From the IMG/VR virus record IMGVR_UViG_3300010052_000002, positions 1 through 59,369 of that record: DNA of 59,369 nt; one strand, given 5' to 3'. Source of the DNA: a virus. Its lineage: Duplodnaviria; Caudoviricetes. The notes beneath the pieces were generated by a model. The model saw nothing but the letters and a program-made list of their open reading frames with translations. It did not search any database and had not been told where the DNA came from. This document shows positions 28,848-39,256 of this stretch, piece by piece. Every line of letters starts with the position of its first letter. The stretch's first letter is position 1. The position numbers and the translations under genes were made by a program.

Positions 28848-28877
28848 CCGACGACGTTCTCGTCGTCGGTTCACTTT
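28848..28877 (+). terminator. Putative intrinsic terminator
   Basis: Perfect 9-bp stem CCGACGACG-TTCT-CGTCGTCGG followed by TTCACTTT. Confidence 0.55.
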
Positions 28878-28961
28878 CTCCTGTCCTCTTGCCTGCTGCG
28901 GGCGGACGCTTCGGTCTTCACGCCGACGGTCCGCCCCCTCTTTACCTGAACTGCAACTGAC

Positions 28962-31364
28962 ATGAGTCGCGAGAAGGAAGAGATCACCGGCACCTACGTC
29001 ATCGAGAAGATGCGGTGGGACAACACTGCGATCGCGACGATCCGCGACACGAACAACAAGGTCGTCACGATCAAAGGCCCATGTGAACCGGAAGATCTGA
29101 CCCCCTCAACAACCTATCGGTTCTACGGCTCATTCAAGCCCTATACGAACCCCCGCACAAAAGTCACCGAACAGCAGTTCCACTTCACAACGTTCGTGAA
29201 GACTGCCCCGCATGGCCGGGCTGGCACGATCAGCTACCTCCGCGAGGTCGAAGGCATTGGCCAGAAGACTGCGGAAAAGCTCTACGACACATACGGCGGA
29301 AATGCCGTCCAGACTCTTCGGGAGATACCGGACGTCGTCTGCGACACGATTTGCATGCCGCACTTCACTCATGAGAAGGCCCGCCGAGCGGCGGAGTACC
29401 TGGTCGAGCAGAAGGCGATGGAAGGATGCACGATCGACCTGATCGACGCCCTTGCCGGACGCGGGTTCCCGAAAGTCACCGCCCGCGCCGCTGTCGCGAA
29501 ATGGGGCAACCGAGCAGCCGACGTCATTAAGCGGTGCCCGTACTACCTGATGGCGTTTCGTGGCTGTGGATTCCTGAAGACGGACGCGATGTATTGCGAC
29601 CTCGGCAAGAACCCGGCCGCTCTTCGTCGGCAGGGGTTGTGTGCCTGGCACTTTCTCGCGACCGAGTCGTCTGGGAATACGTGGCAGCCGGTCGCGAAGG
29701 TTGAGGAAGCGTTGCGGCAGAAGATCGGCGGAACTCGCGTCGATCCTGTCAGCGCCCTCCGGTTCGCGAAGCGGGCCCGGATGATCGCGACCCGTCGGGA
29801 TGAGCATGGCCGGTTGTGGATCGCAGAAAAGAAGGACGCGGACCACGAGGGGCGAATTGCGGGATACCTGGCAGCCGCACGCGATTGGACGTGCCAATGG
29901 CCGGACCTGGCCAGCCTCGACGGAATCTCCGATCACCAGCGCGCCGAACTGGCTGCAGCCTTGCGGGGGTCGATCGCAATCCTCGGTGGAGCACCGGGGA
30001 CCGGAAAGACCTTTACCGCGGCCGCCCTCATCAAGACTTTGGTGGAATTGATCGGCGAAGAGTGGATCGGCGTCGCCGCCCCGACCGGGAAGGCTGCGGT
30101 TCGCGTCACGGAGAACCTCCAGAAATACAACCTGCCGGTCCGCGCCCGCACGATCCACTCAATGCTCGGCGTGAAGAAGAACGATTCCACTGACGGTTGG
30201 TCGTTCGAACACAACGAGGGCAACGTTCTCCCGTACCGCGTGATCATCATCGACGAGTCATCGATGATCGATAACGGATTGATGTGCTCATTCCTGGCGG
30301 CAGTTGCTCCCGGAACCTTGGTCCTTTTCGTCGGCGACACGAACCAACTCCCACCAGTCGGCCGCGGGGCCCCCCTCCGCGACATGACCACCGCCGGCGT
30401 CCCTACGGGAGTTCTGACGGAGATACGTCGGAACTCCGGTGCGATCGTTCGTGCGTGTCACGCGATCAAGGACGGGAAGCCATTCGAGACCTCAACCAGA
30501 ATCGACGTCAATGGGGATGATCCGGCGAACCTGTACCTCGTCCAGGCCGGCGCCCCGGAACATCAGATCGAGCGAATGTTCGCGGGCATCGAAGCCGGCC
30601 GGGCGGATGGATTGAATCCAATCTGGGACTGCCAGGTCCTCGTCGGCGTCAACGCGAAGAGCAAGTTGAGCCGGAAGGACCTCAATCGAGTTCTCCAAGA
30701 GCGGCTGAATCCCCACGGCGAACAGGCCCAGGGGAATCCGTTCCGGGCCGGCGACAAGATCGTCTGCCTGAAGAATGGGTTCGTCGAAGTGGATGGCGAG
30801 GGTGGTCCGCAGCCGCAGTCGTTCCCTCCAGATCCAGTCGAAACAGAAGAACCCGAAACCGACGACGACGGCAAGGTCTACGTTGCGAACGGGGAGCTCG
30901 CCGAGGTCCTCCGCGTCGAAGAGAAACTGACGATCGCGAAGCTCTCGAATCCACTGCGGATCGTGAAGATCCCTCGTGGCGTCGCTAAGGGTGGCGAAGG
31001 GGACGACGGTGGGAAAGTAGGAGCGGACGGTGCAGGTGGGTCAGGTGATGGGGCCGCCAGTGACACCGGCTGTTCCTGGGACCTCGGCTACGCCCTCTCC
31101 TGTCACAAGTCGCAGGGAAGCGAATGGCCGCTTGTCCTGGTGATGCTCGACGAATACCCGGGCGCCCGGATGGTGTGTTCGCGAGAGTGGCTGTACACGG
31201 CAATCAGCCGGGCGAAACGGCTGTGCCTTCTCGTCGGGAAGATGGGGACGGCGACTGGGATGTGCCGGCGCCAGGCCTTGGGTTTGAGGAAGACGTTTTT
31301 GGTCGAGGAGATCCGGGGTGCGATGACGTCAGCGGTGACTTCAACGGAGGTGACCACCCCGTGA
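28962..31364 (+). CDS. recD2: RecD2-like SF1B helicase
   Basis: HhH (EGIGQKTAEK), GAPGTGKT, IIDESSM, VGD.NQLPPVG, HKSQGSE, LYTAISRA. Confidence 0.92.
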   Translation: MSREKEEITGTYVIEKMRWDNTAIATIRDTNNKVVTIKGPCEPEDLTPSTTYRFYGSFKPYTNPRTKVTEQQFHFTTFVKTAPHGRAGTISYLREVEGIGQKTAEKLYDTYGGNAVQTLREIPDVVCDTICMPHFTHEKARRAAEYLVEQKAMEGCTIDLIDALAGRGFPKVTARAAVAKWGNRAADVIKRCPYYLMAFRGCGFLKTDAMYCDLGKNPAALRRQGLCAWHFLATESSGNTWQPVAKVEEALRQKIGGTRVDPVSALRFAKRARMIATRRDEHGRLWIAEKKDADHEGRIAGYLAAARDWTCQWPDLASLDGISDHQRAELAAALRGSIAILGGAPGTGKTFTAAALIKTLVELIGEEWIGVAAPTGKAAVRVTENLQKYNLPVRARTIHSMLGVKKNDSTDGWSFEHNEGNVLPYRVIIIDESSMIDNGLMCSFLAAVAPGTLVLFVGDTNQLPPVGRGAPLRDMTTAGVPTGVLTEIRRNSGAIVRACHAIKDGKPFETSTRIDVNGDDPANLYLVQAGAPEHQIERMFAGIEAGRADGLNPIWDCQVLVGVNAKSKLSRKDLNRVLQERLNPHGEQAQGNPFRAGDKIVCLKNGFVEVDGEGGPQPQSFPPDPVETEEPETDDDGKVYVANGELAEVLRVEEKLTIAKLSNPLRIVKIPRGVAKGGEGDDGGKVGADGAGGSGDGAASDTGCSWDLGYALSCHKSQGSEWPLVLVMLDEYPGARMVCSREWLYTAISRAKRLCLLVGKMGTATGMCRRQALGLRKTFLVEEIRGAMTSAVTSTEVTTP

Positions 31365-31948
31365 CGAACTCCACCACTACCTCAAACATTCCGATCGCCT
31401 GCCCGTTCATTGTCCTTATCGATTCCATGGAGAAGCACCCCTTTTCCTTCTCCGGGATGCTCTCCGACTCAGACGACGACTACCGCCCGATCGTTGTGAA
31501 GCACGCCTGGCAGTCGCTCGGCGTCTCAAACGGCGACTACTCGATCGCTGGCCACCACCCGAACCCAGACAAGAACGCCAACTTCCACGCCCCGCGGATC
31601 TCAATCGAACGGAAATCGATCGATGACTGCATTGGGACGATCCTCGGCTTCGCCGATCGCCGGCCCCGCTTTGAACGTGAACTCGCTAGCTTGGCAAGCA
31701 TCATTGACACCGGCGGCTCAGCCGTCGTGATCGTCGAGGGATCGATCGGCATGGTGCTCGACGCAGTTCAGGAGCACGGAAAAAAGTCGATCGAGGAAAA
31801 CCGGAAGTCTCTCAATCGATCGTTCATCTCGTTCATGCAGGACTACCGAGTCCCCTGGATGTTCTGCGACTGCCGGCGGATGGCGGAAGTGGAATGCTTT
31901 CAGTGGATGGCAAGGTTCTGGCGGAAGCACGGAAAGAAGAAGGCCTAA
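31361..31948 (+). CDS. ERCC4-like nuclease (possible resolvase)
   Basis: IDSMEK.P, GDYSI, IERKS..D, VIVEG. Confidence 0.8.
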   Translation: MTNSTTTSNIPIACPFIVLIDSMEKHPFSFSGMLSDSDDDYRPIVVKHAWQSLGVSNGDYSIAGHHPNPDKNANFHAPRISIERKSIDDCIGTILGFADRRPRFERELASLASIIDTGGSAVVIVEGSIGMVLDAVQEHGKKSIEENRKSLNRSFISFMQDYRVPWMFCDCRRMAEVECFQWMARFWRKHGKKKA

Positions 31949-31954
31949 TCGAGC

Positions 31955-34294
31955 ATGGCGACCCCGATTCACGAACGAATCCAAGACATCCTTTCCCGAC
32001 TCGGCGATGTAAACGTCGAGAAGGAGGGTGTTGAATGGGGTGCACTCTGTCCCGCGCACGACGACACTCGTCGATCGCTGTCGATCGGCGTTGGCGACGA
32101 TGAGCGGCTTCTCATTTCATGCCACGCAGGCTGTTCGGCCGCGGCGGTCATGTGTGCGATCAACCTCCCGATCTCGACGCTTTTTGCCGGAGGCGATGGG
32201 CGAGACAAATCGAAGCCCGCGACGGCGAGGGGAAAAAAGCAAAAGGGTCTCGGCAAAATCGTCGCGACCTACGACTACACGGATGCGGCCGGCACGCTGC
32301 TGTTTCAAGTCGTCAGATACGATCCGAAGGACTTCCGTCAGCGTCGCCCCCGTGTCGCCGGCACAACACCCGCCGCCGACGATTCGGCCGGCTGGTCGTG
32401 GTCCGTCAAAGACGAGCAGAAGGTTCCGTACCGTCTCCCGTCGATCGTCAACGCCCCGCCAGGCTCGACGATTCATATCGTCGAGGGCGAAAAGGACGCC
32501 GATCGTTTGGTGGCGTTGGGGTTGATTGCAACCACAAGTCCCGGCGGAGCGGGCGGAACCAAGAAAGACAAAAGCGAAGTCGGCGGAAAATGGCTCACCA
32601 CGCCAGCGTTCACAGACTCTTTTCGTGGTCGCCACGTCGTCATTCTTCCCGATAACGACGACGTCGGCCGGCAGCACGCCCACGACGTCGCGTCGAAGCT
32701 CCTGCCGATCGCGGCCTCAGTCAAGGTTGTCGCCTTGCCTGGTCTTCCGAACAAGGGCGACGTCAGCGACTTCCTGACGGCTGGCGGCACGTCATCGCAG
32801 CTCGAGGTGATTGTCGCTGAGGCTCCTCTTTGGGATCCGGCACCGGTCAAGCCTGTTGAGAAACGTGACGACCCGCACCGCCTGGCGAGGATTGTCATCG
32901 CCGAATACCGCCGCGTGATCTTCTGGCGGGAAGAGTTCTACGTCATGCGATTTGAATCGCCTCGTCGGCCAGCAGATCGATGCTACGTCCGAATGGAGAA
33001 GTCGAAATGGCGGTCGAACGTCAATCAAATCATCAAGCGGGAGTTCGACCGGCTGAACACTGAGGACACGCGGGCGAACCCTGGAAAGATCCATTACTGC
33101 GAGAAGGTGACGACACAGCTCGTTTCGAACGTCATCTGCGCGATTCAATCTCTGACGGCGATGAGCGGCGAAGTGGAGCTCGGGTCCTGGCTGTCCGATA
33201 CCGGACCAGCAGTGAAGCGACCGTGGGTCTCACTCACGAACGGGATATTCAAGGTTGACGTCGCGATCGAGGGCCGGCCCGTCGAAGAGTTTCTGTTGGA
33301 GCATGATCACCGGTGGTTCTCGACGACGACGCTGCCGTTTGCGTTCGACTGGGATGCAGCTTGCCCAAAGTTCGATGCTTACTTGCGGAGCTCCCTCGAA
33401 GCGGACCAAGAACGAATCACGCTCCTGCAGCAATGGGCCGGCTACCTCCTGACTCCTGACACGAATCAACAGAAGTTTCTCATCCTGGAAGGTGAAGGCG
33501 CCAATGGCAAATCCGTCTATCTGGCCGCCATGGAAGCTCTCTTGGGGAAGGACAACGTCTCGCACGTCGCCCTCGAAATCTTCGGCCAGCGATTCCAGTT
33601 GACCTCTACCCTCGGAAAGCTCGCCAACGTCTGTGCGGACTGTGGGGAAATCGACGCGGTCGCAGAAGGCTACCTGAAGTCGTTCACGTCGGGCGATCGG
33701 ATGCAGTTCGATCGGAAGGGGCTGTCCGCGATCGATGTCACGCCGACCGCCCGCCTCATGATTGCCACCAACAACCGCCCACGCTTTTCGGATAAGTCAT
33801 CAGGGATCTGGCGCCGCATGCTCCTCATCCCGTTCACCTACGAAATCCCTGTCGAGGATCGCGTTGCCGGCATGGACAAACCTGAGTTCTGGGCGGAGCA
33901 AGGTGAGCTCTCTGGGATCTTTAATTGGGCACTGGCCGGACTCCAACTCCTCCGGGCAGAGCGGCGGTTCATCGTCCCGGCAATCTGTCGCGCCGCCCTG
34001 GAGGAGTACCGCCTCGAGGTAAATCCGGCCCGGGCCTTCCTCTTGGAAGCCTATAAGCCGGCAGACACCGAGGACCAATTTGTCTCCTGCATGGACGTCT
34101 ATGAGTCCTATTCAAAGTTCTGCGAGTCCCACGGATACCGCCGGCTCGGCCAGGCGTCATTCGGGAAAGAGTTTTCGCGGGTGTTTCCTATGTCGTTGAA
34201 AGTGCGTCGCGGATCACACGCTGAGAGGTTCTGGGCGTATGGGAAGCTCCAAAAGAATGAGGAGACTTCCTTGTTCGACAAGACGAGTTTTTGA
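31955..34294 (+). CDS. Primase-helicase (Zn finger, TOPRIM, D5/P4-type SF3 helicase)
   Basis: CPAHDD...CHAGC, IVEGEKD, PDND, GEGANGKS, ATNNRP, IWRR. Confidence 0.92.
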   Translation: MATPIHERIQDILSRLGDVNVEKEGVEWGALCPAHDDTRRSLSIGVGDDERLLISCHAGCSAAAVMCAINLPISTLFAGGDGRDKSKPATARGKKQKGLGKIVATYDYTDAAGTLLFQVVRYDPKDFRQRRPRVAGTTPAADDSAGWSWSVKDEQKVPYRLPSIVNAPPGSTIHIVEGEKDADRLVALGLIATTSPGGAGGTKKDKSEVGGKWLTTPAFTDSFRGRHVVILPDNDDVGRQHAHDVASKLLPIAASVKVVALPGLPNKGDVSDFLTAGGTSSQLEVIVAEAPLWDPAPVKPVEKRDDPHRLARIVIAEYRRVIFWREEFYVMRFESPRRPADRCYVRMEKSKWRSNVNQIIKREFDRLNTEDTRANPGKIHYCEKVTTQLVSNVICAIQSLTAMSGEVELGSWLSDTGPAVKRPWVSLTNGIFKVDVAIEGRPVEEFLLEHDHRWFSTTTLPFAFDWDAACPKFDAYLRSSLEADQERITLLQQWAGYLLTPDTNQQKFLILEGEGANGKSVYLAAMEALLGKDNVSHVALEIFGQRFQLTSTLGKLANVCADCGEIDAVAEGYLKSFTSGDRMQFDRKGLSAIDVTPTARLMIATNNRPRFSDKSSGIWRRMLLIPFTYEIPVEDRVAGMDKPEFWAEQGELSGIFNWALAGLQLLRAERRFIVPAICRAALEEYRLEVNPARAFLLEAYKPADTEDQFVSCMDVYESYSKFCESHGYRRLGQASFGKEFSRVFPMSLKVRRGSHAERFWAYGKLQKNEETSLFDKTSF

Positions 34295-34308
34295 CCGGAA
34301 GCGGCGAA

Positions 34309-34622
34309 GTGTCCTAGGAGACACCTAAATGTCCTAGGAATGTCCTAGGAGAATCGCCTTCCTAGGACACACTTTATGGCAGTCATAGCAATGACTTATG
34401 GAAACGTGTCCTAGGTGTCCTAGGTAATCCTTACTTACTAAAGAAAAAGAGAATGAAATGAATAATAGGAAGGAAAGGGTACGTAGGACACGCGCGCAAG
34501 GCCTGGATACGAGCGGCTAGTTTTCGTCGGTCTGCTAGGACACGAGTGGGCCAAAATCGACACTAAGGCATTATGAGGCAGTGGGTTACACGGAAAAGTC
34601 TCCTAGGACACTCCTAGGACAC
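34309..34622. repeat. Putative replication origin with TGTCCTAGG/CCTAGGACA iterons around an A-rich core
   Basis: About 10 full or partial copies in both orientations directly after the primase-helicase; AT-rich 34425-34480. Confidence 0.8.
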
Positions 34623-34749
34623 AGTGAATTAGATAGCCCACGCTTCTTATTTCGCCTTAATTAACAACCTCAAGTGGTCCCGCCGCCCGCCGCCCGCAGT
34701 CGGGTCAGGGTCAGTGGTGGAGTGGGGATTCAAACAGGGAGAGAGCGAG

Positions 34750-35832
34750 ATGGCTGAGAACTCGAAGATCGAGTGGACGGATCACACCGTAAATTTCTGG
34801 TGGGGCTGCGAAAAGGTCCACCCCGGCTGCGCCCACTGCTATGCGGAGGCATGGTCGAAGCGGTGGGGGCGCAGGCTCTGGGGGCCCGGCTCCGTCCGCC
34901 TGAAGATGGACGGCGCCATCGACACCGCCCACAAGCTGAACCGCAAGGCGGCCAAGGAGGGTCGGCGGTTCCTCGTTTTCTCGGAGTCGATGTCGGACAT
35001 GTTCGAGGACTTCCGTGGGGAGGTCGTCAACAAGTCGAACGAGGTCATCGGCGACAGCCTGGATGTGCTGCGCCGCGAAGCGTTCGAGTGCATCGATGCC
35101 ACGCCTCATCTGATCTGGCTCGTGCTGACGAAGCGGCCGGAGAACGTGCGGCGGATGTGGCCGGACATCGACGAAGAGTCTGAGCTTTGGTTCTTCAACG
35201 AAGAGGACCAAAAGGCTCGGGGACTCACTCACGCCGGGCCGCACAAGGGGCGATTGATTCGCGGCAACAGCGAACGGAAGAACGTCTGGCTCGGCACCTC
35301 CCCCTGCAATCAGGAGACGGCGGACAGGTCGATCCCGGAACTGCTGAAGGTCCGTGACCTGTGCGGCGGAACGTTTCTGTCGTGCGAGCCGTTACTGGGC
35401 GGGATTGATCTTCGGCGTGTCGGGAAGACGCTTCGGGGTAACGACCACGATGTGATGTGCGGCTGGGAAATGTCGTATCGCTACAAGGCTCGAAATCCCT
35501 CCGAGGGGTCGATGGGGTCGTACTCTTGGATGACCGACGATCGCATCGACTGGGTCATCGCCGGTGGCGAGTCCGGCCCCAAGGCCCGACCGATGCACCA
35601 GGATTGGGTTCGCGGCCTTCGCGATCAGTGCCAGGCGGCGGGCGTGCCGTTCCTGTTCAAGCAGTGGGGGGAGCATCGCCCTGTCGGGAACCGCGCGCCG
35701 GACGGAACGCTGATCGACTTCGTCGGCATGGAAAAGGTCGGAAAAGCCGCCGCCGGCCGCACGCTCGACGGCCGTGAGTGGAACGAGTTCCCCGCGGCAT
35801 TCAATCGCGTCGATGTGACCGCATCCGTCTGA
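34750..35832 (+). CDS. Phage Gp37/Gp68 family (DUF5131) radical-SAM-like protein
   Basis: SKIEWTD, GC..VHPGCAHCYA, SMSDMF, LTKRP, SCEPLL, WVIAGGESG, FKQWG. Confidence 0.92.
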   Translation: MAENSKIEWTDHTVNFWWGCEKVHPGCAHCYAEAWSKRWGRRLWGPGSVRLKMDGAIDTAHKLNRKAAKEGRRFLVFSESMSDMFEDFRGEVVNKSNEVIGDSLDVLRREAFECIDATPHLIWLVLTKRPENVRRMWPDIDEESELWFFNEEDQKARGLTHAGPHKGRLIRGNSERKNVWLGTSPCNQETADRSIPELLKVRDLCGGTFLSCEPLLGGIDLRRVGKTLRGNDHDVMCGWEMSYRYKARNPSEGSMGSYSWMTDDRIDWVIAGGESGPKARPMHQDWVRGLRDQCQAAGVPFLFKQWGEHRPVGNRAPDGTLIDFVGMEKVGKAAAGRTLDGREWNEFPAAFNRVDVTASV

Positions 35833-35871
35833 ACGCCCCCGTCCCCCAATCCCCCGAAACGGAGAACTGCG

Positions 35872-37143
35872 ATGAGCGTTGACATGAGTCTGGCTGAGGT
35901 TGGTGACATGGTTGAGTATCGCGACGGCGAATCAGGCGTGATCGTGGAAATTGCGGACCCCGACTATGGGTCGCCGAGATGGCAATGCTCTCGCGGCTGG
36001 TGGCACTACCGCAACGGAATGATCTGCCGTTCCCCCCAGTGGCCAGAGGACATCATCCGTATCGAGCGTGCCGGCGTCGTGATCTCGCCCGTCCCGGCAC
36101 CTGCCGCGGGCGACTCTCCGGCCGTCCCGGAGACGGAGCCGGCGGCGGAGGTGCTGATTCGTGTCGACGAGGAGGATTGTCCTCACTGGTCACAGCGGGC
36201 GAGCAACGGTTGGACGGTCCTTTATGGGTCGGCTGGATACCTCGAGCCGCACCGCTACCCGGTCGGCACTCGCATCGAGATTCATCGCCCGGCACCCGCC
36301 CCCGTCCCGTCGCCCCCGGAGGAGGGCTGCGAAAGCCCCAGCGATGTGAGCAGCCCGAAGTCGTACTCATTCGAGGACGTGAATCACTGGGTCCACAAAG
36401 AGGACCCGTCGATCGACGAACTCGGTTGGGCGTGTCTGGGTCTGGCGACGGAGTTGGAGAGGGTGAAGGCAGCGGAGGAGAGCGGGGACGCGGGGGAGGT
36501 CAATCCCTTCGAGGCCGCACTGCGCCGCCGACACAACGGCTACTGCGAGGCCGCTCGCGAGGCGATGCCGACGTTGAGGGAGCCGCAGTCTCCGGATCAG
36601 GCTCTTGACGAGTTGATCGAAGAGGCTCGTGAGCTTGCCATCTCCGAAATGAAGATTCTCGCGGAGTACGACAATTCCACTCCGCCCGCCGCCCCCACCG
36701 GCGACATCCAGCCAGCAGCTCCCGTAGAGCCGGAGAGGGCGGTGCTGAAGATCACGCAGTCGGACATCGGTCGTCGCGTGCGACTCCGCGATTCACGGAC
36801 GGGGCGGATCACCTGTGTCGGTCAATGGTCTGCCACACACCCTGTGACGATCCATCTCGATGTTCCAGAAGGAACCAGGCGTGGGTTCGGTGTGCGTGTT
36901 GACGGTCTATGCAGGTACGGGGAAGTGAATGTGGATGACGTTGTTGCGTTTGCAGACCTCACCGGCCCCTTCGTGCCGCCGACGCCCGTGACGCCTGTGC
37001 TGACGATTGAGGAGGCGGCCATCGCGGTCGTAAATCGGTGGAGCGGGATCACACCCGACTGCATCGACGAAGATGCGTGGGACTCTCTGGTTGCTGCTGT
37101 TCAGGCCCAGGTGAACGCGGCTGGGAAGGCGGTGGGAGCGTGA
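35872..37143 (+). CDS. Mosaic hypothetical protein
   Basis: Pro-rich linkers and two similar small domains (VGDMVEYRDGESGVI and IGRRVRLRDSRTGRI). Confidence 0.65.
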   Translation: MSVDMSLAEVGDMVEYRDGESGVIVEIADPDYGSPRWQCSRGWWHYRNGMICRSPQWPEDIIRIERAGVVISPVPAPAAGDSPAVPETEPAAEVLIRVDEEDCPHWSQRASNGWTVLYGSAGYLEPHRYPVGTRIEIHRPAPAPVPSPPEEGCESPSDVSSPKSYSFEDVNHWVHKEDPSIDELGWACLGLATELERVKAAEESGDAGEVNPFEAALRRRHNGYCEAAREAMPTLREPQSPDQALDELIEEARELAISEMKILAEYDNSTPPAAPTGDIQPAAPVEPERAVLKITQSDIGRRVRLRDSRTGRITCVGQWSATHPVTIHLDVPEGTRRGFGVRVDGLCRYGEVNVDDVVAFADLTGPFVPPTPVTPVLTIEEAAIAVVNRWSGITPDCIDEDAWDSLVAAVQAQVNAAGKAVGA

Positions 37144-37168
37144 GCCAGCAAAGCTATATATGAATGTA

Positions 37169-37197
37169 TTGACGCCGAATGAGACGATATATAGAAT
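37169..37197 (+). promoter_or_regulatory. Sigma70-type promoter
   Basis: TTGACG-17 nt-TAGAAT in an AT-rich island; AGGAG RBS downstream. Confidence 0.75.
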
Positions 37198-37218
37198 TGA
37201 GGCGTCCAACAGGAGAGA

Positions 37219-37602
37219 GTGGTGAGCGAATTCAAGAAGACTGGTCGTCGGTGCGATGTGTGCGGGAAGTTCAGCATGGAGCGACTGGGCGAGTATCTGC
37301 GTGCTGATGGCTCGGCTGGATACATCAACCAGCAGGAAGGCGAATCGTGCGATACGTGCAGCGATTGCCGCGACAAGGCCCGCAGGACGCCTGACGAGGT
37401 GGTGGCGGTCATGAAGCAGGAGATCGCGGCAGACATCGCAGCGGGTCGCGTCCCGGCAAGCGTGTCGTCGTTCTCGGAGCTTCATGACTACGTGGACGCC
37501 AATGACTACGGGGCATGCAAGGACTACCACGCCTTCGACTTTGCCTTCTGGAATCAAGTTCAAACGGAGATTGATTCATGGATCAAGGCGGGTCGCCCAT
37601 GA
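37219..37602 (+). CDS. Hypothetical protein with N-terminal Zn finger
   Basis: CDVC...CSDC; SFSELHDYVDAN. Confidence 0.7.
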   Translation: MVSEFKKTGRRCDVCGKFSMERLGEYLRADGSAGYINQQEGESCDTCSDCRDKARRTPDEVVAVMKQEIAADIAAGRVPASVSSFSELHDYVDANDYGACKDYHAFDFAFWNQVQTEIDSWIKAGRP

Positions 37603-38279
37603 ACGTGCTGCTTGCTGGTGAGTGCAGCGGTGTCGTCCGCGACGCCTTTCGGCGCAGAGGTCACGACGCCATTTCCTGCGACCTCAAGCCTACTGAAGTC
37701 GAGGGGCCGCACATCATCTGTAATTACATGCTGCTGGACTGGCGAAATTTCGAACTCATCATCATTCACCCGGACTGCACCTACCTGTGTTCGTCTGGAC
37801 TGCACTGGAATGCCAGACGGCCGGAGCGTGCGATCTTGACCGAGAAGGCGGTGGAGTTCGTCTTCAAGGTTCGCGACAAGCTGGACGAATCCGGGGCCGA
37901 CTGGGCACTGGAGAATCCCATTGGCTGCCTCAGTTCTCGGTGGCGGAAGCCTGACCAGATCGTTCAGCCATGGCAGTTTGGCGACGACGCCAGCAAGGCC
38001 ACGTGTCTTTGGACGAAGGGGTTGCCAGCCCTGCGACATACCGGCGTGTTCCCGCCGCGGATCGTGGATGGGAAGCGGAGGTGGGGCAATCAGACGGACA
38101 GCGGCCAGAACAAGTTGGCCCCGAGTGACAACAGACCTGCCGACCGGGCACGAACATATCCCGGAATCGCAGAGGCGATGGCTGACCAGTGGGGGAACCA
38201 TCGCGAGGCCCCTCGGCAGCCGCGACTGCTGGATGTTGACCCTTCCCGCGTTACTCTTTCAGGATGCCAAAGACTGTGA
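37599..38279 (+). CDS. Putative phage DNA methyltransferase-like protein (Rossmann fold)
   Basis: VLLAGECSGVVRDAF...SCDL, HPDCTYL, ENP, K.TCLW, R..TYPGIA.AMA.QW; resembles short phage cytosine MTase-like proteins. Confidence 0.7.
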   Translation: MNVLLAGECSGVVRDAFRRRGHDAISCDLKPTEVEGPHIICNYMLLDWRNFELIIIHPDCTYLCSSGLHWNARRPERAILTEKAVEFVFKVRDKLDESGADWALENPIGCLSSRWRKPDQIVQPWQFGDDASKATCLWTKGLPALRHTGVFPPRIVDGKRRWGNQTDSGQNKLAPSDNRPADRARTYPGIAEAMADQWGNHREAPRQPRLLDVDPSRVTLSGCQRL

Positions 38280-38479
38280 CCGTACTCGTCAATCTCCCCG
38301 AAGATCACCGCGCAGCGTGGAAGGCTGCGGCGGATGCCCAGGACGTGACCCTGTCGGAATGGATACGCAGTGCGTGCTCCGAGGCACTTCCAGTGAAGGT
38401 GCGGGCGAATCTCTCAGAGTTGGCGAAGCCCGGTAATCCTGCCTTCCAGAAGCAGAAGAAGCGGGCTCCCCGGAAGTAG
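38264..38479 (+). CDS. Ribbon-helix-helix DNA-binding protein
   Basis: TVTVLVNLP...WKAAA.....LSEWIR. Confidence 0.7.
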   Translation: MPKTVTVLVNLPEDHRAAWKAAADAQDVTLSEWIRSACSEALPVKVRANLSELAKPGNPAFQKQKKRAPRK

Positions 38480-38585
38480 CCGAATCGTTCGGCGAAGCGT
38501 CTGAAACGTCCTCGCGTGCATCGCGTCTGGCTGATGCTGCGCGCCCACTCCCTGACATCCCCGACCCCCTAGATGCGAGCAGAAG

Positions 38586-38924
38586 ATGAGCGACGACTTT
38601 CAACCCGACGTGAAGATTGCGGAGACCTACGTCCGCCACGGCGAATTGGAGTTTCAGGTTTACACCTTCGAGCGGAGTTCGTCGGCCGCCGGGCATGGCG
38701 GCAGCCGCTTCCAAGAGACGCATGTCTACGAGTGGAACCGCACGGAGCGAAAGCGTGGTGAATGGCTCAATCAGCTTTACGGCCACGGGATTGAGTTCCA
38801 CTGCATTGTCGTGGCCGAATTGGCGAGGAACGGCAAGTACGACGCGGAAGAGTACGAGGCGAGCAGCTACGAAGCGGCTCGTCGCATTTTGAACGAGGCT
38901 GCAAGAAAGGCGGTGGCAGGATGA
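38586..38924 (+). CDS. Hypothetical protein
   Basis: ORF coupled to the next gene. Confidence 0.6.
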   Translation: MSDDFQPDVKIAETYVRHGELEFQVYTFERSSSAAGHGGSRFQETHVYEWNRTERKRGEWLNQLYGHGIEFHCIVVAELARNGKYDAEEYEASSYEAARRILNEAARKAVAG

Positions 38925-39256
38925 ACAGGCTTCCCGACAACTGGCGGGTCAGTCCTCACAACAGTGGCCTTGTTGTGGCCGGGGACGAGTTCGGTCAAGG
39001 CAACTTCCTGATTGCGGACGCTTCGTTCAGCAGTCCTTGGGGAAACCTCTTGCCCAAAGAGCAGCGGGCATTGGTGGCCAGCTTGATTGCCAAGATTCCC
39101 GTGTTGCTCGACGCACTTGAGGAGATCGCGAAAGGTGGCGGACCGTTCAATCGCGATCCACTGATCTTCGCGGGGAACTGCGTCGAGCATGCCGTCAAAA
39201 CCGCGAAAGCGGCACTAATGGAGATCGGAGTCGAGCCTGCTGAAACGGCCCCGTAA
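38921..39256 (+). CDS. Hypothetical protein
   Basis: ATGA coupling; LIA..P.LLDALE phage motif. Confidence 0.65.
   Translation: MNRLPDNWRVSPHNSGLVVAGDEFGQGNFLIADASFSSPWGNLLPKEQRALVASLIAKIPVLLDALEEIAKGGGPFNRDPLIFAGNCVEHAVKTAKAALMEIGVEPAETAP

Noticed and set aside
34309-34622. CRISPR array
   Set aside because: Repeats are only 9-11 bp, irregularly spaced and in both orientations; no cas genes are present.
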